DNA of 64,000 bases, taken from NCBI GenBank assembly GCA_036501965.1, contig DASXZK010000040.1:15769-79768 (forward strand), read 5' to 3'. The stretch is from Solirubrobacteraceae bacterium. GTDB taxonomy: Bacteria; Actinomycetota; Thermoleophilia; Solirubrobacterales; Solirubrobacteraceae. The position numbers and the translations under genes are program-made. Below, piece after piece: positions 13,078-24,358 of this stretch; within the stretch, counting starts at the first letter, position 1, and every line of letters starts with the position of its first letter. The notes beneath the pieces were generated by a model. The model had not been told where the DNA came from. It saw nothing but the letters and a program-made list of their open reading frames with translations, and searched no databases.

Positions 13078-14525
13078 CTCGGTGGTCGTTTCGGCGGCAG
13101 CTCGTGCACGGGGCCGAACGGCCTCGGGGCGTTCCAGTCAGACGTCGTGCGGCCGCGGCCCGGGCTGTAGCCGCTCGGCATCGCCACCGAGCTGCCGGCG
13201 ACGGGGGTCGCGCTGCCCCACGGCTCCTGCTCGGCCTCGGCTTCTTCGCGGTGCGTGGGCGGCGGAGCGAATGGCGTGCCGGTGTCTCCGTCACGCGCAC
13301 GGTCGGCTCCGATCGCGTCGATCACCTCGTGCAACGCCGCGAGCGTGTGCCCGGAGACGAGCGCGTCGCAGTGCGGGAGCGCCGCGGCCATCCCGCCGGT
13401 GCGTGGCGAGAAGTCACGCGCGGCGGTGCGGGGATTGACCCACACGATCCGGTAGGCGACACGTGCCAGCCGCTGCATCTCTCGGGCGACGAGCTCCGGG
13501 TCGCCGCGCTCCCAGCCGTCGGACAGGATCACCACGACAGCGCCGCGCGCCATCCCGCGCCGGCCGTAGCGGTCATTGAACGTCTTCAGCGCGTCGCCGA
13601 TGTGGGTGCCGCTCGCCCAGTCCGGCGCGGCGGATGCCGCGCGCTGGATTGCGCGCTCGGGACTGCGCGATTGCAGTGCCCGGGTCAGCCGGGTCAGCCG
13701 GGTGGCGAACGCGAACGCCTCCGGACGGCTCGCGCTGCGCCCGGTGGAGATCCCGCCGGCCGCGGCGCAGGTGAGGAACTGGAGGTAGGTGCGCGCGTAG
13801 GGCTCCATGGAACCGGAGATGTCGCAGAGCAGCACCATCCGCCGCCGCAGCTCACGCCGGCGCCGCCGCGCGAGACGGACCGGGTCACCACCGGTCCGCA
13901 GGCTGGCGCGCAACGTGCGGCGCATGTCGATCCGGTCGCCGTGGCTGTCGCGGCGAGCTCTGCGGGTCCTGCGCAGCGGCGTGGCGACCCGCAGGCGGGC
14001 CATCAGCCGGTACAGCGCCGCAAGCTCGTCGGAATCGAGCGCGTCGAAGCGCTTGTCGCGTAGCACCTCCTCGTCGGAGGCGAGCGTCGGGATCTCGATC
14101 GTCTGCTCCTGCTCCTCCTGCGGGCGGTCGCGTCCGTTGCCGGCGGGGGCGCTGGTGCCTGCGATGCTCGGGTCGCGCGGCGGGCGGGTGGCGTCCTGTC
14201 GCTCCTCGGTGTCGCGCTGGTCAGGGAGGGAGGGAGCCGTCTCGGCATCCGGAGGCACGACCGCCACGTGGGTATCGCCGGCTCCGAAGACAGCTGTGAA
14301 CACCGCGTTGAACGCGCGGACCTGAGATGGGTCGGAGACGAACACCGCCCGCGCGGTCCAGTACAGCCGCCGGCGCGCGACCGGGCGCACGAGCGACAAT
14401 GCCGCGGCGAAGTTGGCGGACCGCTCCGCAGTGACCGGCACGCCGGCCTCGTGCAACCGCCGGCCGAGCGCCCCGGCGAGGGCCGGGAGGTCGAGCTGCA
14501 CGGTCTCGACGGAGAAGTCGCTCAT
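13074..14525 (-). CDS. coxE: CoxE VWA-domain protein
   Basis: LCDISGSMEPY, FAFATRLT, SGTHIG, ILSDGWERGDP, WVNP; ATG at 14525 overlaps the coxD stop. Confidence 0.92.
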   Translation of the reverse strand: MSDFSVETVQLDLPALAGALGRRLHEAGVPVTAERSANFAAALSLVRPVARRRLYWTARAVFVSDPSQVRAFNAVFTAVFGAGDTHVAVVPPDAETAPSLPDQRDTEERQDATRPPRDPSIAGTSAPAGNGRDRPQEEQEQTIEIPTLASDEEVLRDKRFDALDSDELAALYRLMARLRVATPLRRTRRARRDSHGDRIDMRRTLRASLRTGGDPVRLARRRRRELRRRMVLLCDISGSMEPYARTYLQFLTCAAAGGISTGRSASRPEAFAFATRLTRLTRALQSRSPERAIQRAASAAPDWASGTHIGDALKTFNDRYGRRGMARGAVVVILSDGWERGDPELVAREMQRLARVAYRIVWVNPRTAARDFSPRTGGMAAALPHCDALVSGHTLAALHEVIDAIGADRARDGDTGTPFAPPPTHREEAEAEQEPWGSATPVAGSSVAMPSGYSPGRGRTTSDWNAPRPFGPVHELPPKRPPR

Positions 14526-15442
14526 CGTCCGCCCGTCAGCAGTTGCTCGAGGCCGGCGGACCGCACGACGTCCTGGTCCTCGGAGTACTTGAGCACCGAG
14601 CCGAGCGTGCGGTCGATCGCGGGACCGTCGAGGCGCTCCACCCCGAGCAGGCCGAGCGCTGCCAGCCAGTCGATCGCCTCGGCGATTCCCGGCGGCTTCT
14701 GGACGTCGGACTCGCGCATCGCGGCGACGGCGGCGGCGACCTGAACGGCGAGCGACTCGGCGGCGCCGCGCACGCGCCGGCGGATGATCTCGACCTCGCG
14801 CTCGGGCGACGGGTAGTCGATCCACTGATACAGGCAGCGCCGCTTGACCGCGTCATGCAGGTCGCGGGTGCGGTTCGAGGTGAGCACGATGATCGGCGGG
14901 TGGGTGGCCCGCACCGTGCCGATCTCCGGGATCGTCACCGCCGCCTCGCCGAGCAGCTCCAGCAGGAAGGCCTCGAAGTCGTCGTCGGCGCGATCGATCT
15001 CGTCGATCAGGAGCACCGCGGGACGCGGGCCAGGGTGCTCCAGCGCCGCCAGCAGCGGCCGGCGGATCAGGTACTCGGTCCCGAACAGGTCCTTCTCGGA
15101 CAGCGTCGTGCCGCTCGACTCCGCCAGCCGGATCGCGAGCAGCTGGCGGGGGTAGTTCCACTCGTACAGTGCCTCGGTGGCGTCGATGCCCTCGTAGCAC
15201 TGCAGGCGGATCAAGGGGGTGTCGAGCGCGACCGCCAGCGAACGCGCGGCCTCGGTCTTGCCGACGCCCGCCTCGCCCTCCAGCAGCAGCGGCTGGGGCA
15301 GCCGCAAGCTGAGGAATATGGAGGTGCCGAGCGCCTCGTCGACGAGATAGTCGACGCTCGCCAGGCGCTGGCCGAGCGACTCGACGTCAGGCGCGAGTGC
15401 GGCCAGCTCGGCCGTCGGGTCTCCGGTGGCGCCGTCGCTCAT
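14522..15442 (-). CDS. coxD: CoxD MoxR-type AAA+ ATPase
   Basis: LLEGEAGVGKT, RLQCYEGID, LLIDEIDRADDDFEAFLLE, TSNRTRDLHDAVKRRC. Confidence 0.95.
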   Translation of the reverse strand: MSDGATGDPTAELAALAPDVESLGQRLASVDYLVDEALGTSIFLSLRLPQPLLLEGEAGVGKTEAARSLAVALDTPLIRLQCYEGIDATEALYEWNYPRQLLAIRLAESSGTTLSEKDLFGTEYLIRRPLLAALEHPGPRPAVLLIDEIDRADDDFEAFLLELLGEAAVTIPEIGTVRATHPPIIVLTSNRTRDLHDAVKRRCLYQWIDYPSPEREVEIIRRRVRGAAESLAVQVAAAVAAMRESDVQKPPGIAEAIDWLAALGLLGVERLDGPAIDRTLGSVLKYSEDQDVVRSAGLEQLLTGGR

Positions 15443-16412
15443 CCGGCCAGCTGGCGCTCGAAGCGGTCGCGGCAGCCCTCACAGCAGAAGTAGGTCGTCT
15501 CGCCGTCGTGCTCGAGTTTTGGCGTGTCGTCGAGCACGACGACGGTCATGCCGCAGATCGGGTCGATCGCGGTGTCTGGCCCGGGAGATCCTTGGGCGTT
15601 CGCGCTACCTCTGGCGTCGGCGATCGTGCCGGCGTGCGCGTCACGGGCACGGCGGACCTCGACGACGCGGGTGAGGATCGAGAGCGCGATCTCCGGAGCC
15701 GTGCGCGCACCGATGTCCAGGCCCGCGGGGGTCTCGATCCGGGCGACCAGCTCGTCGGCGACGCCGCCCTCGCGCAGGTCGGCGAGCACCGCGGCGCCGC
15801 GCTTGGGGCTCGCCACGAGCCCCACGTAGGGCACCCCGGATTCGACGCCGGCGCGCAGCGCGGCCAGCTCGTCGCGGCCGTGTGCGGCGACGATCAGCGC
15901 CAGGTCGCCCGCGGAGGGGCGGTGCTCGGCGCCGGCGGCAATCATCTCGAGCCCGAGCTTTGCGCCGATGTCGACCAGCGCCTCGACGATTGGCGAGTCG
16001 CCGGCGACGAGCACCCGCGGCGCGGGCAGGAACGGCTCCAGGAACATCTCGATTGCACCCCCCGAGAGACAGGGATTCTGAACGGTGACCGCGCCATCCT
16101 CCCGCGCGATCTCCTCACCGGCGTCGACCTCGCCCGCGTCCACGCGCGAGCCGTCGGCGTCCTCGGGCCCGTCGGGCATGATCCGCAGCAGCAGCGGCTC
16201 GCCGCTCTGAATCGCCTGCAGCGAGTAGAGCCGCACGCTGTGCTGGGCGCACACCCCGCCGACGAACCCCTCGATCGAGCCGTCGCTGCGGACGATCGCG
16301 ACGTTGCCGGCCCGTGCGCTGGTCGGCCGCTGGACGCGCACGACGGTGGCCGTCACGAACGGCTCGCCGTGCGCGCGCAGAGCCCGCAGCCGCTTGTCGA
16401 GGTCGGAGGAGA

Positions 16413-16416
<4 letters not shown>
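15439..16416 (-). CDS. coxF: CoxF/XdhC-family protein with C-terminal YHS domain
   Basis: GFVGGVCA, NPCLSGG, TPAGLDIGA; YHS motif DPICGM...YFCCEGC; GTG at 16416 overlaps the coxL stop. Confidence 0.88.
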
Positions 16417-18808
<2,392 letters not shown>

Positions 18809-18812
<4 letters not shown>

Positions 18813-19318
18813 GCCTCCTGGGGAGCGGCGTGTGCCTCGCGCTCCGCGGCCCAGCGGACCGCGGCCACGATGTTGACGTATCCGGTGCAGCGGCAGATCC
18901 CGCCGGAGATCGCGGTGCGGATCTCGTGATCGGTCGGAATCGGATTCCCACCCACCCGCCCCTCTGCCGCCTTCTCATCGAGCAGCGCTCGGCTGGCCAT
19001 CATCATCCCGGGCGTGCAGAACCCGCAGTGCAGGGCGTGCTTCTCGTGGAAGCCCTCCTGGATCGGGTCGAGCCGGCCGTCGACCTCGAGCCCTTCCACG
19101 GTCTTGATCTCGTGGCCGTCGGCCATCGCCGCCAGCACCGTGCATGACTTCACCGCCTGACCGTCGACGTGGACGATGCAGGCGCCGCAGTTGGAGGTGT
19201 CACATCCCCAGTGCGTGCCGGTGAGTCCCGGTGTCTCGCGGATGAAGTGCACCAGGAGCTTGCGCGGCTCGACGTCGCGAGACACCTCCTGGCCGTTGAT
19301 CGTCATCGTGACTTGCAT
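18809..19318 (-). CDS. coxS: CO dehydrogenase small 2Fe-2S subunit, copy 1
   Basis: GCDTSNCGAC, KSC, CGFCTPG, CRCTGY. Confidence 0.95.
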
Positions 19319-19326
19319 GTCGGTTC

Positions 19327-20202
19327 CTAGGCCTCCTGGTGCAGAGCGCGCGCGGTCGCCCGGCGCAGCGCTCGCTTGGTGAGCACGCCGACGAGGTGGC
19401 GCTTGTAATCGACGGGGCCGCGGCCGTCGGCCATCGGCATGCAGTCCTCGGCGGCGATCTCGCCGGCCTGCGCGAACAGTTCCTCGCTCGGCGCCTGGTT
19501 GCGCATGTGATCGCCGATCCTCGTGACCTCGATCGTGAGCGGGCCGGCGGCGGCGAGCGCGACGCTCGCGTCCGTGAATGTCCCGCCATCGATCCAGACC
19601 GCGGCCGAGGACGCCGCGATCGCAAAATCACCGGCTCGCCGCTCCACCTTTTCGTGCGCGCTCCCGGCGCCCGGGCGAATCCTGAGTCGGACCTCGATGA
19701 GCATCTCGTTCGCCGCGACCGCGGTCATGTAGGGGCCGACGTGGAACTCGTGCATCGGCACGACCCGCTCGCCGTCCGTCCCGCGGATCACGACCTCGGC
19801 CTGGACCGCCGAGCACACCGCCGACAGGTCCTCACCCGGGTCGGCCTGGCACAGCGACCCGCCGATCGTCCCGCGGTTACGCACCACCGGGTCGGCGATC
19901 ACCTCCTCGGCGTCGGCGAACACCGGGAAGTGCTCGGCGAGCAGCTCGGAGCGCAGCAGGTCGACGTGTCGCGTCATCGCCCCGATCCGGATGACGTCCG
20001 TGTCACGCTCGATGTAGGAGAGCTCCTGGAGGTCGTTGATGTCGATCAGCAGCTCGGGCTGGGCGAGGCGCAGCTTCATCATCGGGATCAGGCTGTGGCC
20101 GCCGGCGATGATCCGCGCGCCGGAGCCGTGCTCCACCAGCGACGCGATCGCGCCCTCCACGCTGGTGGCGCGTTCGTAGTCGCACGGGGCGGGCGTCTGC
20201 AT
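19327..20202 (-). CDS. coxM: CO dehydrogenase medium FAD subunit, copy 1
   Basis: AGGHSLIPMMKLRLA, IADPVVRNRGTIGGS, DGRGPVDYKR. Confidence 0.95.
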   Translation of the reverse strand: MQTPAPCDYERATSVEGAIASLVEHGSGARIIAGGHSLIPMMKLRLAQPELLIDINDLQELSYIERDTDVIRIGAMTRHVDLLRSELLAEHFPVFADAEEVIADPVVRNRGTIGGSLCQADPGEDLSAVCSAVQAEVVIRGTDGERVVPMHEFHVGPYMTAVAANEMLIEVRLRIRPGAGSAHEKVERRAGDFAIAASSAAVWIDGGTFTDASVALAAAGPLTIEVTRIGDHMRNQAPSEELFAQAGEIAAEDCMPMADGRGPVDYKRHLVGVLTKRALRRATARALHQEA

Positions 20203-20831
20203 CAGGACGGTCCCTTCTCGGTCTCGGTCGTGGGGGCGGCACCCGTCTGCAGGCGGACGCCCGGGGTCTCGGCCGGCTCGTACTGGACCGGCGAATCGGT
20301 GCCGATGATGGGCGAGCGGTCGAGGTTGGCGGGCCGCAGCTGGCGCTCGTTCGGGTAGAGCATCCGCGTCATCGCCGAGGCTCGATCGGGGTGACGGAGC
20401 ACCGGCCCCTCGGGGCTCGCGGCGGCGATCGGCGCCTCACGGCCCAGGCGCGCGAGCGTGAGCACGCCGCGTGTGTAGACCTCGGCGATCCGCGGCGGCG
20501 TGATCGTCGCGGCGTCGGGATAGTTGCGCAGGCCCTCCGCGCCCGCGCCCGGGTACAGGCCGTCGAGCAGGCCGACCGCGTCGGTCAGCCCGGCCTTCTT
20601 GACGAGCAGTCCCTCGAGCGCGTCGACACCGGCGTCGAGGTGGGCGTTGATCGTGTTCACCACCGGCTCGACCGGCGCGGTCTTCTCGATGATCTCGACC
20701 ACGCTGGCGATCGCCTCGTCGAGGCCTCGGTTGATCTGGCGCAGCGCGACGATCGTCGAGACGAGGTAGTAGACCATCGCGGCGACGATCAGCACGACCG
20801 CGATAGCGAGAACGACTCCTGGTGCTGGCAT
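20202..20831 (-). CDS. Single-TM helical membrane protein E (209 aa) with C-terminal extension
   Basis: N-terminal hydrophobic helix, then an amphipathic helix; GAGGAG RBS; stop overlaps the coxM start (TGATG). Confidence 0.85.
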   Translation of the reverse strand: MPAPGVVLAIAVVLIVAAMVYYLVSTIVALRQINRGLDEAIASVVEIIEKTAPVEPVVNTINAHLDAGVDALEGLLVKKAGLTDAVGLLDGLYPGAGAEGLRNYPDAATITPPRIAEVYTRGVLTLARLGREAPIAAASPEGPVLRHPDRASAMTRMLYPNERQLRPANLDRSPIIGTDSPVQYEPAETPGVRLQTGAAPTTETEKGPS

Positions 20832-20850
20832 GTCGTTGGTTCTCCTCAGC

Positions 20851-21108
20851 TCACGCGTCGTCGAGGATCACGTCGAGCGATCCGCCGTAGTTGGCGACCG
20901 TCTCGATCGTCTTGATGACCTGCTCCTGGGTGGTGAGCAGCAGGGGCACGGCGTCAAGGTCCTTGGACCCGGCGGCGGCCGCGGCAGCGATCCGCTGCAC
21001 GCTCGGGACGATGGTGTGTGCGGTCGAGAGCACGCCCCGCAGCAGGTAGATGACGACGGGCAGGATGACCAGCAGGACGATCAGCGAGCCGATCCAGTAG
21101 AGGATCAT
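20851..21108 (-). CDS. Single-TM helical membrane protein D (85 aa)
   Basis: MILYWIGSLIVLLVILPVVIYLL; ATGA coupling to the upstream gene and a GAGGAGG RBS. Confidence 0.8.
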   Translation of the reverse strand: MILYWIGSLIVLLVILPVVIYLLRGVLSTAHTIVPSVQRIAAAAAAGSKDLDAVPLLLTTQEQVIKTIETVANYGGSLDVILDDA

Positions 21109-21380
21109 GAGGGCCTCCTCTCGGCGACGATCGCGGCCTTGGACGCGATCCCGGGCAACGCGCTGAGGATCGTGTCGAACTGGGCGTTGATCGCTTTGAC
21201 AGCCGGCTCGAGCGGGCGCAGGTGCTGCGACTCGACGCCCTCCAGCGCCCCGGCGAGCGTGCCGAGCGTGGTCGAGATCGAGGCGAGCGAGCGCCGGACG
21301 AGGATCAGCGCGCCCGCGAGCACGGCGATCACCACGACCGCCAACAGCACGCTGAGGATGACCAGGGTGTGTGTGCTCAC
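21105..21380 (-). CDS. Single-TM helical membrane protein C (91 aa)
   Basis: LVILSVLLAVVVIAVLAGALILV TM segment; GTGA coupling; GGAGG RBS. Confidence 0.8.
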   Translation of the reverse strand: MSTHTLVILSVLLAVVVIAVLAGALILVRRSLASISTTLGTLAGALEGVESQHLRPLEPAVKAINAQFDTILSALPGIASKAAIVAERRPS

Positions 21381-21670
21381 TGCCCACCTCCAAAGCCGTC
21401 CGTGAGCGCGTTCATGTAGTCGTCCTGCACGAGGGCCTCCTCGACGATCAGCCCGAGCACGGGCGCGGTTGCCTCCAGCTGCGGGATGTAGGCGGTGTTG
21501 GCGGCGAGGAGCCCCGCGACCCCGAGCAGCTGGGACGCCGAGCGGTCGATCTGGAAGACCGCGCGGAGCAGCATTGCGAGCAGCCCCGCGACGATCAGCG
21601 CGGCGATCAGCCCGATCACCAGCGCAATCCCCCAGTAGGTGTGTGCGGTTGCGGCGATGACAGGGGTCAT
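21377..21670 (-). CDS. Single-TM helical membrane protein B (97 aa)
   Basis: MTPVIA...YWGIALVIGLIAALIVAGLLAMLL; ATGA coupling. Confidence 0.8.
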   Translation of the reverse strand: MTPVIAATAHTYWGIALVIGLIAALIVAGLLAMLLRAVFQIDRSASQLLGVAGLLAANTAYIPQLEATAPVLGLIVEEALVQDDYMNALTDGFGGGQ

Positions 21671-21927
21671 TTCCCGACCGCCACCTTGCGCAGGGCGCGC
21701 GCCGAGTGCAGGATCCGCACGCCCGAGTCGTTGATGCGCGCGATCCCGGACAGCTCGACGGTCTGGACGCGCACCTTCTCCACGCCTCCGACCGCCGTCT
21801 CGGCCTGTCCGGCGATGCGCATCGCCAGAACCACGATCGCGATCACGATCACGGCCGCGACCAGGATCACCACGATCCCGAGCACCAAGCCGATCTTCCA
21901 TCCAGCCAGCGCGGCTTCAATGGTCAT
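21667..21927 (-). CDS. Single-TM helical membrane protein A (86 aa)
   Basis: WKIGLVLGIVVILVAAVIVIAIVVL TM segment; AGAGG RBS just after coxS2. Confidence 0.8.
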   Translation of the reverse strand: MTIEAALAGWKIGLVLGIVVILVAAVIVIAIVVLAMRIAGQAETAVGGVEKVRVQTVELSGIARINDSGVRILHSARALRKVAVGK

Positions 21928-21940
21928 CTCACGCCTCTCT

Positions 21941-22426
21941 TCATGCCGGCATCTCCTCCTGTGAGTGCTCAGCCGCCCACCGGATCGAGCGCACGATCGT
22001 CGCGTAGCCGGTGCAACGGCAGATTTGGCCGGAGATCGCCTCGCGGATCTCCTCGTCGGTCAGGGATGTGGGGTCCTCGGCGCTGTCCAGCAGCGCGCGG
22101 GCGGTCATCAGCATCCCCGAGGTGCAGAAGCCGCACTGCAGGCCGTGCTCCTCGGTGAAGCCGCGCTGCACCGGATCGAGCACGCCGTCGACCTCGAGCC
22201 CCTCCACGGTGCGGATGTCGTGCCCCGAGGCGGTCGCGGCCAGGACCGTGCACGACTTCGCCGGCTCGCCGTCCATCAGCACCACGCAGGTGCCACAGTT
22301 TGAGGTGTCGCACCCCCAGTGGGTGCCGGTGAGGTCGAGTTCGTCACGCAGCAGATGGACGAGCAGCAGCCGTGCCTCGACATCACGCGTGTACTCACGG
22401 CCGTTGACGGTCATGGTCACCTGCAT
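21941..22426 (-). CDS. coxS: CO dehydrogenase small 2Fe-2S subunit, copy 2
   Basis: MQVTMTVNG, GCDTSNCGTC, HGLQCGFCT, ISGQICRCTGY; ATG overlaps the coxM2 stop. Confidence 0.95.
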   Translation of the reverse strand: MQVTMTVNGREYTRDVEARLLLVHLLRDELDLTGTHWGCDTSNCGTCVVLMDGEPAKSCTVLAATASGHDIRTVEGLEVDGVLDPVQRGFTEEHGLQCGFCTSGMLMTARALLDSAEDPTSLTDEEIREAISGQICRCTGYATIVRSIRWAAEHSQEEMPA

Positions 22427-23301
22427 CAGCTTTGCTCCAGCGTCGCCCGTTGCGCGGCGCGTGCCATCGCCCGGGCGGCCAGCACGCCGGCAGCGTGGCG
22501 CTTGTACTCCGCCGAGCCGCGCTGGTCGGTGACGGGGGTGCACGCGGCGGCGGCCGCGGCCGCTGCCTCCTCGAACAGCGCCTCGTTCGGCTCACGCCCA
22601 AGGAGAACCGCTTCGGCGGCCGGGGAGGCGACGTCCGACCCCACCGCGACGAGCGCGATGCCGGCGTGCGAGATGACGCCATCGGTGACGGTGACCGACG
22701 CGCCCGCGGCCGCCACCGCCCAATCCCCGACGCGGCGATTGACCTTCTCGTACGCGCTGCCGGTGTTGTTGCGCAGCGGCACGCGGATCTCGACGAGCAT
22801 CTCGTCGTCCTCGACCGCCGTCCGGTAGGGGCCGAGGTGGAAGTCCGCCATGTCGACGGTGCGCTCGCCGCCGAGGCTGCGGATCAGCACCTCCGCCTCC
22901 AGCGCGACGCATACGGCGCCGAGGTCCTCGGAGGGGTCGGCCTGGCAGAGCGCCCCGCCGATCGTGCCCCGGTTGCGGACGACCGGGTCGGCGATCACCT
23001 GCTCGGCGTCGCGGAAGATCGGCGCCACACGCTCGAGCAAGTCGGACTCGAGCAGCTCGCGGTGACGCGTCATCGCGCCGATCCGGATCACGTCGCCGTC
23101 CCGCGCGATGTAGCCGAGCTCGCCGGCGAGGTCGTCGATGTCGACGAGGTAGGAGGGGGTGGCGAGGCGCAGCTTCATCATCGGCAGCAGCGAGTAGCCC
23201 CCGGCGAGGATGCGCGTGTCGGAGCCGAGTTGCGCGAGCAGCTGGAGCGCGTGTTCCACGCTCGTCGCTCGCTCATACTCAAATGGCGCGGGGACCTGCA
23301 T
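22426..23301 (-). CDS. coxM: CO dehydrogenase medium FAD subunit, copy 2
   Basis: MQVPAPFEY, AGGYSLLPMMKLRLA, IADPVVRNRGTIGG, DQRGSAEYKR. Confidence 0.94.
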   Translation of the reverse strand: MQVPAPFEYERATSVEHALQLLAQLGSDTRILAGGYSLLPMMKLRLATPSYLVDIDDLAGELGYIARDGDVIRIGAMTRHRELLESDLLERVAPIFRDAEQVIADPVVRNRGTIGGALCQADPSEDLGAVCVALEAEVLIRSLGGERTVDMADFHLGPYRTAVEDDEMLVEIRVPLRNNTGSAYEKVNRRVGDWAVAAAGASVTVTDGVISHAGIALVAVGSDVASPAAEAVLLGREPNEALFEEAAAAAAAACTPVTDQRGSAEYKRHAAGVLAARAMARAAQRATLEQS

Positions 23302-23354
23302 GTCTCCTCATACCTAGAATTCTGGCCCTTGTGTGCGGATCGCTGCAAGGCGAC

Positions 23355-23370
23355 CTAAGTGATCGCTTAG
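23355..23370. promoter_or_regulatory. CutR-type operator CTAAG-TGATCG-CTTAG in the coxM/LysR divergent promoter
   Basis: Palindrome resembling the mycobacterial CutR site TTAAG-N6-CTTAA; 7 bp before the LysR start. Confidence 0.8.
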
Positions 23371-23377
23371 CCCACGG

Positions 23378-24358
23378 ATGACTCTCGCTCAGCTCCAATC
23401 GTTCGTGTTGGCGGCCCGTCTCGGCTCCGTCAAGGCGGCGGCCGCGCAACTCGGCGTCACCGAAGCCGCCGTGTCGGTGGCGGTCGCCGCGCTGCGCAAG
23501 GAGCTCGGCGACGAGCTGTTCGTGCGCGAGGGGCGCGGGATCGCGCTCACCTCAGGCGGGCGGCGGCTGGCGGCGCTCGCCTCTGAGATCCTCGGCCTCG
23601 CCGAGCAGGCTCGCCGCTCCGTTCAGGACGCGCCGGGGACGCCCCGCCGGATGGAGATCGCGGTCACCCACGTCGTCGCCGAGCACGTCGGTCCGTTGGT
23701 CGATGCGTTCACGGCGCGGGAGCCGGGGCTCGAGGTCTCCCTGGAGCCGGTGGCCGGCGCCGACCTCGGTGAGATGCTGGAGCACCGGCGCGCGGACATC
23801 GCGCTCGGACCCGCACCGGCCGGGGACACGGCCGCGACGATCGCCGCGGTTCCGTTCCTGCGTGCCCGCGTGATCGTGGTCGCCGCGCCCGATCACCCGC
23901 TGGCCGGCGCGCGGGGTGTGTCGGCGGCGCAGGTCGCGGGGGAGCGTTGGCTGCTCGGGCCACCGCAGCTGGATCCTTCGACCGGCGCCGGGTTGCTGTT
24001 CGCTCGACTCGGGATCGAGCCAGGTGATACGGCCGGATACTCGAGCAGCGCCGCGGCGGTCGCCGCCGCGGCCGCGGGTGACGGGATCGTGGTCACGCTC
24101 GCGCACACGGTCGTCGAGGAGGTCCGCCGCCGGGCGCTCGTGCGCCTCGACCTCCAGGGAACGCCGATCATCGAGGTGTGGCACGCCTCGACGCTCGGCT
24201 TCGGGCGCGCGTTGCCCGCCGCGCTGGCGATGCAGCGGTTCGCGGCGAGCTCGGAGGCGACCCAGGTGATCTCGACCGGGCGCGCCGGAGCGACCTCTGC
24301 GCGGCTGCAGCCCCGCCCGCACGTGACGCTCTGGAGCTCGGTCAGCCGCCCAGCCTGA
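23378..24358 (+). CDS. cutR: LysR-family regulator of the cox genes (CutR-like)
   Basis: MTLAQLQSF...GSVKAAA LysR HTH; divergent from coxM; C-terminal HVTLWS tail. Confidence 0.8.
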   Translation: MTLAQLQSFVLAARLGSVKAAAAQLGVTEAAVSVAVAALRKELGDELFVREGRGIALTSGGRRLAALASEILGLAEQARRSVQDAPGTPRRMEIAVTHVVAEHVGPLVDAFTAREPGLEVSLEPVAGADLGEMLEHRRADIALGPAPAGDTAATIAAVPFLRARVIVVAAPDHPLAGARGVSAAQVAGERWLLGPPQLDPSTGAGLLFARLGIEPGDTAGYSSSAAAVAAAAAGDGIVVTLAHTVVEEVRRRALVRLDLQGTPIIEVWHASTLGFGRALPAALAMQRFAASSEATQVISTGRAGATSARLQPRPHVTLWSSVSRPA

